From assembly GCA_025786725.1 (NCBI GenBank), contig JAHLTZ010000014.1:124001-188000 (forward strand): 64,000 bases of DNA, read 5' to 3'. This document shows, in pieces, positions 1-13,123 of the stretch (position 1 is its first letter; each line of letters starts with the position of its first letter). The position numbers and the translations under genes were made by a program. The notes beneath the pieces are model-generated. The model ran no database searches and was not told the origin of the DNA. It worked only from the letters and a program-made list of their open reading frames with translations. The stretch is from Syncephalis fuscata S228 (taxonomy: Eukaryota > Fungi > Zoopagomycota).

Positions 1-100
1 TTTTGTCATACATTATTGTTTTCTTTACTATTATTGTGCTTCTACAAGTGCTCTCCTTTTTCCTACTGTTTTTTATTTACATGCACTACAACTAGCTATT

Positions 101-2049
101 ATGTCTATTCGAGTTATTCCATTGGGTGCTGGCCAGGATGTCGGCAAGAGCTGTGTTCTTGTCTCTATCGGCAATAAGAATATAATGTTTGATTGCGGCA
201 TGCATATGGGCTTTAACGATGCCCGACGCTTTCCCGACTTCTCCTATATATCCAAGTCGGGCCGCTTTACTGAGCTGCTAGACTGTGTTATCGTATCGCA
301 CTTTCATCTTGATCACTGCGGTGCACTGCCATTCTTTACTGAAATGTGCGGCTATCACGGCCCGGTCTATATGACCCATCCAACCAAAGCAATATGTCCA
401 ATTCTACTTGAAGATTATCGTAAAATTATGGTGGAGCGTAAAGGCGAGCAAAATTTCTTTACAGCTGAAATGATACGAGCCTGCATGCGTAAAGTGGTGG
501 GCGTCAGTTTACACGAAACGATACGTGTCGATGACGAACTTGAAATTAAAGCTTACTACGCTGGACATGTACTGGGTGCAGCCATGTTCCACGTACGGGT
601 GGGCCACCAATCGGTCGTTTATACCGGCGACTACAACATGACACCTGATCGACATTTAGGTGCAGCATGGATTGATCGCTGTCAACCCGATCTACTTATT
701 ACAGAATCAACCTACGCCACTACTGTACGTGATTCTAAACGGGCCCGTGAAGCTGATCTTCTTAAAAAGGTACAACGCTGTGTGGAACAAGGCGGCAAAG
801 TACTTATACCTGTATTTGCACTGGGCCGTGCTCAGGAATTATGTGTACTGCTTGAAACTTACTGGGACCGTGTCCATCTAAATGTGCCTATCTATTTCTC
901 GGCTGGTCTTACCGAAAAGGCCAATCACTACTATCGTTATTCATTGGATGGACAAATCAAAAGATTAAAAAAACATTTGCCGATAGAAATGCTTTTGATT
1001 TCCGTGGTATTAAAGCATGGCATCCGGCCTATTTCAACCAAACAGGTCCTATGGTATTGTTTGCTACACCGGGTATGCTACATCAAGGCACTTCATTGAA
1101 GGCATTCCAACAATGGTCTGCCGATCCACGCAATATGGTCATTCTGCCTGGATATTGTGTTACTGGTACAGTTGGTGCCAAGGTATTGGCTGGTCAAAAG
1201 AAAATAGATATCGATGCATTTACTACGATTGAAGTGAATCTACAAGTAGAGAATTTGTCATTTAGTGCACATGCTGATGCCAAGGGTATTTTACAACTAA
1301 TACGTCAATGTAAACCACGACATGTTTGTTTAGTACATGGTGAACGACGTAAAATGGAATTACTTGCTGCAGATATTACACGTACACTTCATACACCATG
1401 CTTTTATCCGGCTAATGGATCAGCGATCACCATTAATGGACATCGTGAAATACCCATACGTGTAGCTAAACGCACTTTATTACGAGATCGACTAAAACAG
1501 CTCAATAACAACAACAATAACAACAACGATACAGCAATGGCAACAAATCTACCCAATATTATAACTAAAAGCAGTAAAGAAGCTGCCGGCAATACAGAAG
1601 AATTGGTTAAAGGTATTGTACTGCTTGAAGGTAACGATGTTCAATTAGTATCGTTAGATGAAGCCTCTTATAAAGGACAGAAACATGATGTAAAATATAA
1701 ATTACGTATGATTTGTCAACCATTGTCCAGTTCAGGACATATTGATAACTACAATAACGATAATACGGTAAATACAACATCAATGATAAATGAACTGATA
1801 AATCGTATACATGACACATTATCATCTGCTTCTTCTATGACCAATTGTAAGATACAAACTACAAATAATACAATAACTATTAATGATGTGGCAATTCAAC
1901 TTGTTACATCCTCTACAAGTCCTACAGCTGATATCACTTTTGAGGATAAATACTATGCTGAAATTAGCTGGATTCACTCGGATTATACACTTGCTGGACG
2001 TGTAATACAAATGATACGTCCCTTTTTTGCAGAATCTTTTATGGACTAA
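101..2049 (+). CDS. INTS11: Integrator complex subunit 11 (CPSF3L), metallo-beta-lactamase/beta-CASP RNA endonuclease; intronless; one apparent frameshift near 937
   Basis: [62 protein letters not shown] and SFSAHAD. GQDVG (not GQEVG), MTPDRHL and the [14 protein letters not shown] segment match INTS11 rather than CPSF73/Ysh1. Adding one T near 937 restores [17 protein letters not shown] and joins ORFs 101-1099 and 1051-2049. Confidence 0.92.
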
Positions 2050-2187
2050 GCTATTAGTTGTTACTTGTAAATTAAAATTTTGATTTAGAATGATTTAAAC
2101 TATATTGTATTTATTATTAGTCAGTGGTGCCTATTTGTTATTGTATAGTTATAGTATATCCACTAGTATTACAGTTGGTTAATGTCA

Positions 2188-3123
2188 TTAAACTAAAACA
2201 CCCGAGTAAATGGCTCGTGGGTATTTATCTTTTAATGTTGGCCATTGTACGACAAAACAATCCACTGCTAAATAGAGAATACGGCCTGTAAGTGAAAGTG
2301 TTTGTGTTCGAGCAAATGATTCGACATAGACTATTTGTGTATTACTTAGACCCAGTGCCTATATTATGAATATTAACATTAATATTAGATTGATATTGCT
2401 ATTATTGCTTAATTACTTACTCGATATATTAATATAATGACACAGACTGGAACACAACTACCTGGCCCATTACAAATAAACTAATTTTGATTATTCATTC
2501 ATTTAATTAGACTGGCTAGTATTATTGATTTATATCATTACCAGATCAGGTGATTGTTGCCAAATAATACTAATAGCTGCTATTGCCGACTTGATAACAC
2601 TCCATGGTGTAGTTAGAAAGCTTTGTCCAACCTTACGGGCTCGTGGTAATGAACATATTGTATACTGAATGATGTTAGACGTATAGTTGATCAATTTATA
2701 CGAATACTTACATTCTTTACCGTTTGTGTTTGTGGTTGGTTTGCTTCCCATCGTATGGCACGCCGCTCACTTAGTGTATCTCCTTCAGTAATAATATAAG
2801 TGCGTGGTGTATACCATTGCAGGCAAAGTGCCTGTAATAATGCCAACATTTCAGTTGTATGACCACCTATGTGTATACATGTGTATTAGAATAGATAGTC
2901 AACTAGTAGCTATTGTATTTGCTATTTAATAGCACAATACTATGCTTAACCTACCTGAACCAAGCAGAATTGTTACGCGACAAAAGTGCTTAGTAAGTTG
3001 AAGTGGTTCAATGGGTCCTTTGTGCAGACCAGATATAATATACCATAGCCGTAATGCTAAAAGCAAAGCAACATACAACACCGCCTAGTATATAGATTGC
3101 CGTATAGACCAAATAAAAGCCAT
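2188..3123 (-). CDS. ALG14: UDP-N-acetylglucosamine transferase subunit ALG14 (multi-exon; N-terminus disrupted)
   Basis: Exons read LLGS/GGHTTEML, LPRARKVGQSFLTT, NGPGSCVP and YVESFARTQTLSLTGRILY..FVVQWP..KYP, ending at TAA 2188. The start is uncertain because of an in-frame TAG at 3085. Confidence 0.88.
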
Positions 3124-3170
3124 TACTACTACAACCAACGTGTTATGTAAGTACAAACGGAGAACCAATG

Positions 3171-3172
<2 letters not shown>

Positions 3173-3206
<34 letters not shown>
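3173..3206. repeat. (TG)n microsatellite in the ALG14/PAN6 divergent intergenic region
   Basis: Run of about 15 tg units read directly. Confidence 0.95.
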
Positions 3207-3210
<4 letters not shown>

Positions 3211-3404
3211 AACGAGTAGAGAGAGCATGTGAATACAAATAATCGCCAACAGAAATAACTAATGACCGATTTAAGTGCATGGCGGAGCTTAGATTTACAA
3301 TTTGTATATTAGTCAGGGTATATTTTTCTGTTAGTTCTCAGCTTTAGTTTCATTTTCATTTTATTCACGAATAGTTCTATTTGTTGTTGTCTTCTTGTAT
3401 CAGT

Positions 3405-4462
3405 ATGACATTTCCAGAAATAAACGGTAAGTATAGATAAAAGTGCCAGGACAGATATACCAACTATTATTATGATAAACGCTGCAGATAGCTCTGATCA
3501 GTCTGCACCTTTTGTAATTCAGTCAGTCGAATCTTTACGTCAATGGAGACATGAAGCTCTACTAGCAGGCAAAACTGTTGGTTTTGTTCCAACTATGGGT
3601 GCATTGCACGAAGGCCATTTAAATCTTGGTAGGTGTAAACAGTGTTGGTATTTTAGTTGTTAATAACCATGCTTATTATGATAATTAGTTCGTCAAGCAA
3701 GAGTAAAATGCGATTTGGTTGTAATAAGCATTTATGTTAATCCGTCACAGTTTGCACCCCATGAAGATTTGGATGTCTATCCACGTACGCTACCTCAAGA
3801 TATTAAACTACTAAGTGGCGAATCTGGTCATCGACCACTAGCTGATGTGGTATTTACACCCAGAACAATCGATGTCTATCCAGATGGCATCACCACTGAT
3901 CGGTTGAAGCAGCATGGCGCGTTTGTAGAAGTGCTGGGACTTTCACATCAAATGGAAGGTGTTTCACGGCCGCATTTCTTTCGAGGTGTTGCCACGATTG
4001 TTACCAAACTACTGAATCTAGTGCAGCCAGACACTGTATTTTTTGGTCAAAAAGATGCACAGCAGTGTGTTGTGGCGCGGTCGCTGATACGTAATCTTTG
4101 CTTGCCAGTTCAAATGGAAGTGGTACCAACCACCCGTGAGCCGATGGTGTGGCTATGAGTAGCCGCAATCGTTATTTGTCAGCCGAGGAACGCGAGGCAT
4201 CCCGTGTATTCTATGCGGGACTAAGCAAGGCACAAGAAGCATTTGTCGCGGGAGAACGTCAACGCGATGTCTACTATCACTCGTACAGACGGAAATTGAA
4301 AAGGCGGTCTCAATCATTGAGTTGGAGTACTTGAGCCTGGCCCATCCGCATACTTTGGAAGAGTTGGCTGTAATAGATGATATGGGCGCTATTCTTTCGG
4401 GCGCTATCAAGCTATCTAGCGCTCGTCTAATTGATAACGTGCTATTAAACTGTGAACTGTGA
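3405..4462 (+). CDS. PAN6: Pantoate--beta-alanine ligase (pantothenate synthetase); 2 introns; apparent frameshifts near 4145 and 4280
   Basis: VGFVPTMGALHEGH, SIYVNPSQFAPHEDLDVYPR, EGVSRPHFFRGVATIVTKL, FFGQKDAQQ, AMSSRN and RLIDNV. Confidence 0.95.
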
Positions 4463-5811
4463 ATTTAAATAAGTATTAAATAAATAAGGCTTATTTGCTT
4501 TATGATAACGACCATTGCAATTGTGCTATTTGCAGTATAATAACATAAAAATTATAAAAATAATGATACTTGCTCAGTATACACAATTTATAGCTTTCTA
4601 CCTAATTGATGTATAAGATAATAATACCGAGTTACTCGAAATAGATATATTGGACACATGCTTATTTTATTGTTCTGCGTACACAACTATAACATGCTTT
4701 ATGAATATAATAAAATTTACCTGATTAATTTATTATCTTTCATCCATTATACGTTCATTTAAAGTTACTACAGTTAATTTATAAAAAATTGAGTGTCTTT
4801 TAGCTGATAATGGTTAATTTATTTATTATATTTCTAGCTATTTATGTATTCATACTGCTGTGTATCGTTCTATCATATAATAGCAGTGTTTTATTTACAA
4901 CTGCTGTTTGTTTATTGGTATATATATTTACTATGGAGTTTGTTTACTTCGAGTATTGCCTTCATTTCATCACACACAATATAATCTTACTATTATTATT
5001 CATTATCCTATATTATTATATATTGCATTAATAAGTATTATTTGCAATTCAAACTTGACTCACTTGATCATATACACATAAATTATATTTATGACCAATA
5101 TTCATGCACTTTTTTGTCTGCCGCACTCTAACAAAGCAAGAAGAGTTGTTTTTCAAATTATAGCCTACAATCACTTATCATGCATAGAAAAGAAACAAAC
5201 GTAATAATAGCGAGTTGAACACTACACTCATTATGTTAAAACATAGCGACTTATCTTAGAACTCATCGCCTTTTGACATTCAAACACCTAAAAGCCTGTA
5301 GAAAAAGCAGCTTCTGTTTTGTATGAACTAAAAGAAAATGACATAATCATGCTGGGAGTAAAGAAATGGCAAATTGCATCACAAATATACAGCTATTCTT
5401 TCCAAATAAACCAATAGTATCTCGGCTGTTTAGCGGTGTTTTTTTTGGTTTGTTTACATCTGCTATTATTTGCTACTATTGGATTTGTGACATGAAACAA
5501 TTCACGCTATTGAACAAAACAGGATAAATGAGATGCAATATTACTTAACATAATCTGCCAAAACAAGGGGCGTTTTGATTTAGAAACCAATTAAACTACG
5601 GTGGAATGTATGTTTAGAATACCTTGTAAAACGTTACAATTTTTTGTAGCTATTCAGTATATCATGCAGATATAAAAAGCACGATAATTTAGCCTAGATT
5701 ATTTGCTCGATACTGACGATCCATCCTCTTCTCTGCTCTCTGCTCTCTTCTCCACTTTTCTTCTTTTTTAAGCCAACACAGCCTTTTTTCGTTGAACGAA
5801 TAGATTTTATC

Positions 5812-6270
5812 ATGATCTCAAACAGCTATTTCAGTTTAAAGACTGTTACTGCCATCTGCATGGTGGCTCTACTTGCTTTCCCTTACGACGCAGTTGCATC
5901 GCCCATTATTAGAAACACCAATACAGCAAATTTGCAGCAAACCCAAGATCCAAAACTTGCAGCTATGATGAACCAACTTGCAAATACTCCGGTAACCAGA
6001 AATTCTGCTCGACCGATCAATAGAAATCAGCAGACTACTGCCTCAGCTCAAATGCAGCAAAGCCAAGATGCACAGCTTGCAGCTATGAGACTCCAACTTG
6101 CAAACACTTCGGTAACCAGAAAGTCCACTCGACCAATCAATGGAAATCAGCAGAATACTGTCCCATTTCGATTGCATGAAAACGAAGATGCACGACTTGC
6201 TCTCATGAGAAACCAACTTGCAAACACGGCAGTAACCAGAAATTCTGCTCGATCAGCTAGAGTAAACTAA
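5812..6270 (+). CDS. Small secreted protein with three 40-aa tandem repeats
   Basis: Hydrophobic N-terminus (TAICMVALLAFPYDAVA-SP). The motif D.xLAxMxxQLANTxVTRxSxR recurs at exact 120-bp spacing. TATAAAA lies near 5670. Confidence 0.8.
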   Translation: MISNSYFSLKTVTAICMVALLAFPYDAVASPIIRNTNTANLQQTQDPKLAAMMNQLANTPVTRNSARPINRNQQTTASAQMQQSQDAQLAAMRLQLANTSVTRKSTRPINGNQQNTVPFRLHENEDARLALMRNQLANTAVTRNSARSARVN

Positions 6271-6529
6271 GAAACAAAAGCTCAACCGAATCTTTACACA
6301 GCTCGATTACAACAGCAATTAAACTAGCTGCCGTTCACATTTGGCGCACGACCAAGTGTTAACTAAAAGTAAACGCAAGTTGGATGGCCGAATTTGTACT
6401 GTAGCATTACTGCTTCATGGCAAAAACTTCTACATGTCATTGAAGATAGCATTTGATTATCGAATAAACACTTTTACTCCAGATATTTGGCAAAAAATTA
6501 ATGATAATCATATTAGAGTGTAGCAAAAA

Positions 6530-7804
6530 CTATTTAAGCCATGGGTGCCACATCATCTCCTTCATCGTTGGCCGCTTTGACGGATCGATTGTCATAAGTA
6601 GTGCAATAAATTCTTTTGCATGTTTACTACAATTTAAGGGCGCATAACTATGTTGCTGATGGTCAAGCATTTCACGCATGAAATTCTCTCGCTTCTCCAT
6701 TGGCCACTTAATCTTTTTTTCATTTTCGTCGTAATCGGCCTCGTAAGCAACACGATTTGCAAATAATGAATAGAGGTGGCGCCTAATGACCAGCTGTCAA
6801 CTGGTACTAAATCTACCGGCTCCCATAAATATATTTCGGGCGGCGTGTAACCTGGTACGAGGCCATATGGCATATCCCATCCATCTGCAGTCGGCAAAGA
6901 AAGATTAAAATCGATCAGTATTACTTGAATTTGCGGTTTTCCTTTAGTTCTTAATGGTGCGATTTGTACCATAATATCTATTGTCATATATTATACATCT
7001 GTATGTTAAACGCAATTTATACATACTATTTGGTTTAAGGTCGCCGTGGATCCATCCTGCACGATGTAAATAGGCAAGAGCTATAAATAAACAGTTACAA
7101 ACAAAGTTTACAATTCATACCATTCGCTTACTAATAAGCAGTTGCCGCGCAACATCGCGCAACTCGGTATCTTTTTGAAGCGGACTAAGCCGTCGTGCAT
7201 ATTCTCTTAATGTAATTCCCTCGACTAACGATAGCACAATGCATCCGTAGCCGTCAGCAGTGCGGAAATAGGTTAAAAGCTGATTGATAAGATTTTGTAA
7301 TGGCATGGAGCTGGAGTAGCCTGCCCATGCAGGTATTGTAAGCATTTCTGGATCTAGCTTATTGAGTTCCTAACCAATGCACATATGTAAAACACAATCG
7401 CTTATATTATGTTTTTTTTCTTACTAGTAGAGCAGCAACTTCGCGGTCGTACCAGTCAAGGTGGTAAGTACATTTAAGAAATCCAAGCTGTTGATTATAG
7501 TTACATATGCTGTAAAATCGCTCATGGCTCCTCCGCCGGTGCGTTCTTCGTTTAGTATCAATCCGGGCACACCAAGTGCCTCTTCTTCTCCAATATCCGG
7601 TATTTGATTGAATATAGCAAATGGCATAAATTCATCAATTGGACTTGTATCCCCGTACAAATTATATTCCATTGAAAGCCATAGTGAGGATGTCAACGAA
7701 AGACGACTATGGTCTGGAGAATAAGATGGTGTTATGCCAATAACTAGATGGTTACTGACATCAATGATTGTCCATATCAAGGGTAAAATTCTAGTTAGCC
7801 GCAT
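6530..7804 (-). CDS. Putative secreted Ser/Thr protein kinase-like protein (4 exons; frameshifts near 7497 and 6775)
   Basis: Signal-like N-terminus. After splicing: GFLKC (subdomain II Lys), REVAAL, ALAYLHRAGWIHGDLKPNNIMV, LIDFNLS, GYTPPE, DSWSLG and LLMTIDPSKRPTMKEMMWHPWLK*. Confidence 0.85.
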
Positions 7805-8635
7805 AGTTTACAATTATATGACAGTATAACTACAGTAAAATAGAAGAATAGACAAAAAGTTACAGTGCTTGCGTGTGTATCTGTGAGCTGTGCATTTGTC
7901 GTTTTGATGTTGCGTTACGTTGGTATTACCATATGGTTCAGCAAAAAACCAATCATGTGCTATTGCAATCTCATGTGAACAATCAGCAGTCACGTCAATA
8001 CTTGCATTGTTTTAAACGTTACAACTAGCATGAATAGACAAACAATGAAAAGATTCAGCTTACATATTTATAATATAATATTAAAAATAGCGTTTGGAAA
8101 AACACAGTGTAAAATTGAATAGCTACATTATAAATATGACCAACCTAGATACTATGAATGGTCTACAGCGTGTGTATTATTAAACGTGTATCATATAATT
8201 ATTAGTATTTTGAGCCAATAGTATAGTTTATGAATCATTAATCTACTCTAAATTCTAATTTAATTACATTCTAATAGCATAATTTAATTTTCAGCCTTAT
8301 TTATATGTATATAATTTGTAATTTCTTTATATAGCAATCATGCTTTTAATGCAAATATGTAGCCATTAGTAGCAAAAGAAGTGGCTATAATTTAACTATA
8401 GTCAATTTCTCAGCTATATCCTTTATAAAATTTGCATTGTCTCTTTTTTTAAATTGACATGTTTATTTATTGGCATAAATTACTTGAATAAATATTATAA
8501 TAAGCACAAAAGATTTAATTTTTTGTCCAACTATTAATATCAAGTGTAAAAAATATGCTTTAATTTTATAAATTCTAATAACTATATATATAGCTTAACT
8601 ATAGGCTTTTACCGCAGACGCACAGCTGCAATGAA

Positions 8636-9895
8636 TTATAGAGATGGCAGCACGCTATGTTGAAGCAGTTGTATTGGAGTTTGCCGATCTTCTGGGCTGG
8701 GCATCATAAGGTCGCTCATAAATTCTCTCAAATCGTAGATGCCAGCTACAGCCGCATATTCCTCCAGTTCATGCGGGATATTTAGTGGAAGACAGCGATG
8801 TTCATTTGTCTGATAGACATCAATTAAAATTCTTCTAGACTTTTTATAACTCATATAACTGATATTGCCATCCGCCAAAATGTACTCTTCATAGGGGCTT
8901 ATATGATTGAAAAAAGCATACATAGTTGCTGCAATAGCCCATGAATCAGCCAAACAAAGTTTAATTGGTACTGGGTTGTATAGAGCTTCACGGTGCGTCT
9001 CTCTTATAAATGTTTCCGGCCCACAAAATCCCTGTGCCTGCAGTACATGGGCTGAATGGCACCATTGCGTAGGTCAAGTGACAAATCAAAATCTATTAGC
9101 TTAATAGCCGGATAATTATTGCGCGTTATCTGTATGAGGATGTCTGTAAATTGCATTCTGTGAGTATTTAACATCAACTAGAGACTAGAACTTACTTTCT
9201 GGTTTAATGTCGGTATGGGCAATATCAACGCAATGTAAATAGGCAACACCTAGCAATGGTGTTAAAAATTGTATTAGCATTATTTTACTTACTTACTTGC
9301 TAATATTTGCTCAAAAATATGCGCGGCATGTTCATACCGAGTGATCATCGGAGTTGTTTCAATATATTCTCTAAGGTCTGTTATGTCTTTTTCACTGGAT
9401 AAAACAATGCAGTTGTAAGCATTACTTGTTACAAATGTGTCATATTGTTGCAAGAAATAATTCATGGAATTACCAAGCTTTGAGCATTCTTTGGAACTTG
9501 TAATGGCTATTCCTTTTTGAATTCTCTAATAAATGATAGTTATAAATTTGTATATAAATGCATGGCCGTCAACTTACCGAAAGCACATCCAATTCTTTTT
9601 TGTAACTATCCTCCTTTTTCATACATTTTAAAAATGCTGGTTTTTCATTAAACGTTACTTTAGATGTGTAAACACCTTCCTTTCCATCTCGATCCCATTT
9701 TTTAAACACCAATCCATTACGCTTATTCACTATTGGTGCATTTGCATCTTTGGCCACAGGTACTTGAATAGAGTTTTTTAAACTGACCCTTGAGTTCAGC
9801 GATTTACTCAATAAATTGCCGGAATAGCCCAATACATTATAATTTAGAATCGCAATTGCATGGATTAATGTCACAGACAAAAAACGGCCCTGCAT
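8636..9895 (-). CDS. Putative secreted Ser/Thr protein kinase-like protein, paralogue of the 6530-7804 gene (4 exons; frameshift(s) near 9030)
   Basis: Signal-like MQGRFLSVTLIHAIAILNYNVLG, then AFLKC, VAYLHCVDIAHTDIKPENILI, LIDFDLS, GFCGPE, ADSWAIA and LMMPSPEDRQT. Its three intron positions are equivalent to those of the neighbouring kinase. Confidence 0.85.
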
Positions 9896-11130
9896 CTTTA
9901 TAAATGGGTGGATGCGATTAAGCTAAAACAAAATGTGCGGCTGTAAATTGAAAATGTATTTATGAAATATTTTTTATATTAGCGTGCGTATTTTTATATT
10001 TAATCTCAAATATTTGATAGCTTGGCTGTCTATTAGTTTTGGTTTTGGTTTTGGTTTTCTATAAAAATCATTGCAACTTGTTTCTAGCCAATATGATTAC
10101 CATAAATAACCAAAAATACAGGTTAAATATCTGAATATACACATTGGGCTTGACAAGGTTCAAAATAGATGGTAAACGTGCAGTTGAACCCAGTCTATGG
10201 CATAATTGTATATAACAATAAGCATGTCATTTATCTATTTTCAGTTTATAAAATTTAGTGCATGTGTTATTATATGCTACTTATAACTATATAATAAAAA
10301 ACAGGAAATGATTTGTGAGATTGCCCAAAATAGAAGTTACTACAACGTGAAAAATTAATTCAATTTGTATTGTACAGAATTTTAGTAATCTTTTAATTAT
10401 CGGTATATCACTACTATTTTCTAAATGCATTGAATTCCATACTATTGGTTCTAATTGGTTTGAAAGCAAATTCAAAGCTATTCCCAATGATTTTAACGCT
10501 TGTAATGTAGCGTATGCATTATCTATTATAAATACTACAAGTATAATTTACAATCCTATTTTGTATAATCTAATGTCCAAGCACATGGCCAGATGTTTTT
10601 TAATTTATTTTTACCAGTCTGCTTGCTAGTAGTACCACATGGGCCCTCGTGTACAACTATTTGAAGCCTGATAAACAAAAAAGTAATTTCGGTTTAATTT
10701 GCTATTGAGAAAAGTCCTCATGATCGAGTGAACTCTTTAGATACTCAGCCATCGATATGAGAACGCCACGTGTCAGCATCTGTCCCGTTTAGAAGAATAG
10801 GCTAGATGTTTAGCTAGCAACACAATCTAGAACAAAGTTTGTAGTCTGAACCATATTGTACACTGTATTAACATAAAACATTAACCAAATGCCAAACCAA
10901 CGATGCTAATATATTGAGTTTATATTAATAGAAAGTAGTAAATTACAATATAAATCATTAGTTATTCATTTAATTAAACACTGCTTTGTTTACAAATCAA
11001 CGTTAATATAAATGCCATTATATATTATTGATATTGCATTATCAAACCTTGCAATTGGTGTCAACATCTTTTATTACGTTATTTAATCCGCTGCATCATA
11101 TTGCTAATATACTTGTAGCTATGAACAGTA

Positions 11131-13123
11131 TTAGACGGCGCGTGTAATACGATTGACCATCTCCTCTTTGTTAATCAAATGTGTCGTCTTTTCCACCAAA
11201 TCCATAAGGCGATCTACATCACGCGACCAGTCATTCAGAATCTGCACTGGATCACGGCTAGTGGCAAAGGTAATAATACCGGCTGGTCGATCAACACGCG
11301 CATGGACCGTCTTGGACACAACCAAACGACATAGGAATTCTTCGGCTTCCTAATATTTATTATATTAATACTTATTACTTGTACCAGTAGCATCATTTAT
11401 ACGTACTTCGTGGTCAAGATCCAATAATTGCGCCAAACGAAGCATAGTAATTCGTGTATAATATTTAGCCACCACGCGAATATTCTATCCATTATAGTAT
11501 ATATATATGTGTATATATATATACACCATTAGTAAAAAGGTCGTTGTTAAATGACTATCTCTTACATGCTCCACAATGCGATGATGCAAATCCTTCCAAC
11601 GCTTTGCTCCACCATCCACTTCTGTGCCAAATACTGAAGTTTGACGAAGTGTATGTCCATAATAATCCTCGATTCTTGGCCATCTCATAATCTCATCGGT
11701 AATGAAATTTTTGACCAGCGAACTAATAGCATTCATAACTTTAAATTCATATTATATTCATGTCATCTGCTCATTAACTCACTGGTAATATGGCAATTTG
11801 GCCAATGCCGGATCTTCATAAATACGATGCAGTAAATCTGACTGTTCATTGTCATATGGAGCTAGAACGGCAAATAAAACCGTATTTTGCAACACTTCCT
11901 TCCATCTTTCTTCATCCTCCTTAATGGAGGGCGTGTCATAAACCTGACGATAGAATTTGCACACTTCAAGATGCTGCCCTTCGTGTAAAGCATGACGAAT
12001 CATCAGATCATAATAGCGCAGTTTAAGATCCTGATTCGCTGTATCGTTGAAAAAGCGCGTATTAATCTTACGACTAATAATCTGTGTTCGGACATAGTCC
12101 TGTCTGGCCAAACATAATCGCATTTGCTCAAGAATAAAATCAGTTTTTTCACGACGTTCCATCGAGCCAAACGTCTCAACCTATATCCAATTACCACCGT
12201 GTAACAATAAATAGAAATACAAGTTATTATTATAATCCACGCTTAATCGCCATCATCACAATACCTGAAGTTCTTGCAAAATATCCGCGGCTTTCTCCAA
12301 ATCACCTTCATCTTCCTTGATTTTAGCCAGCATTCGAGTCAATCGTGCTCGTTCCACTTCAACATAGATCTAGAAACACACATATCAGTATCAATATACA
12401 AAAATACCATCCAATTAACCAGCTATCCTACCTTGCCTTCAGTCACTGTGCGCAATGCAGTAATGAGTGCCAAATGAGTTGGTGCATCGTCAGTCAAAGA
12501 TGACAAATAGGTCATTGCTTCTTGAACCATACGTGTAATGGCCTAGATTCAATAATATTAGACTATTTAATGTACCACTCTATTGGCTATATCGTACCTG
12601 TTTTAACTGGCCATGCTTCTTAGCCAAAAGAATAACATTTTCGTTAAGTGTCTCCCAACGACCAGCTTGTTTACATAGACGACATATATGCACCAATAAG
12701 CGCGTAGTAGAAGCAAGATCTGCCGACTAGAGAAAATAAAGTAGATAATAGCAATAGAAGCCGTTCATCATTTGAATACACCAATTAGTAGCATAATAGA
12801 ATAGATTAACGAAAGTAATCTATATATTCATCTAGAATCCATAGAACTACTAACAAGATGACTCGACAATCTATGCATACATACATCTATAGTTGTATGT
12901 ATATATGCATAGATGCATAGATGTATAAATGCATCCATCAACTCAGCTCATCGCTTACCTGGCGTGTTTGTTTCTCCAGTAATAACAAACGTTCTAACGC
13001 AGCATCTAGTTGATCAGGCTGTGCTTGAACCAGTGACTCTGTCTCCGCAACAAGAGCTTCTGTCTCAGCCGTAAAATCCTTTTCTTTAAGCCGATTATCG
13101 GCCATATACGGTTCAGTTTCCAT
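11131..13123 (-). CDS. RPN5: 26S proteasome lid subunit Rpn5/PSMD12 (multi-exon)
   Basis: [58 protein letters not shown], and PCI-domain [18 protein letters not shown]. Confidence 0.96.

Noticed and set aside
3085-3087. In-frame TAG near the ALG14 N-terminus as readthrough or recoding
   Set aside because: A neighbouring frame gives a sensible TM segment, and TAG terminates other genes here normally. Indel error is simpler.
4810-5031. Hydrophobic 73-aa ORF (similar ones at 14010-14399, 32162-32389, 43279-43996 and 58570-58924)
   Set aside because: These I/L/F/Y-rich peptides are the expected by-product of AT-rich or microsatellite DNA, with no motifs or splice support.
10600-10870. Slightly GC-richer patch as an ncRNA or exon
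   Set aside because: No tRNA, snRNA or snoRNA structure or sustained ORF could be supported.
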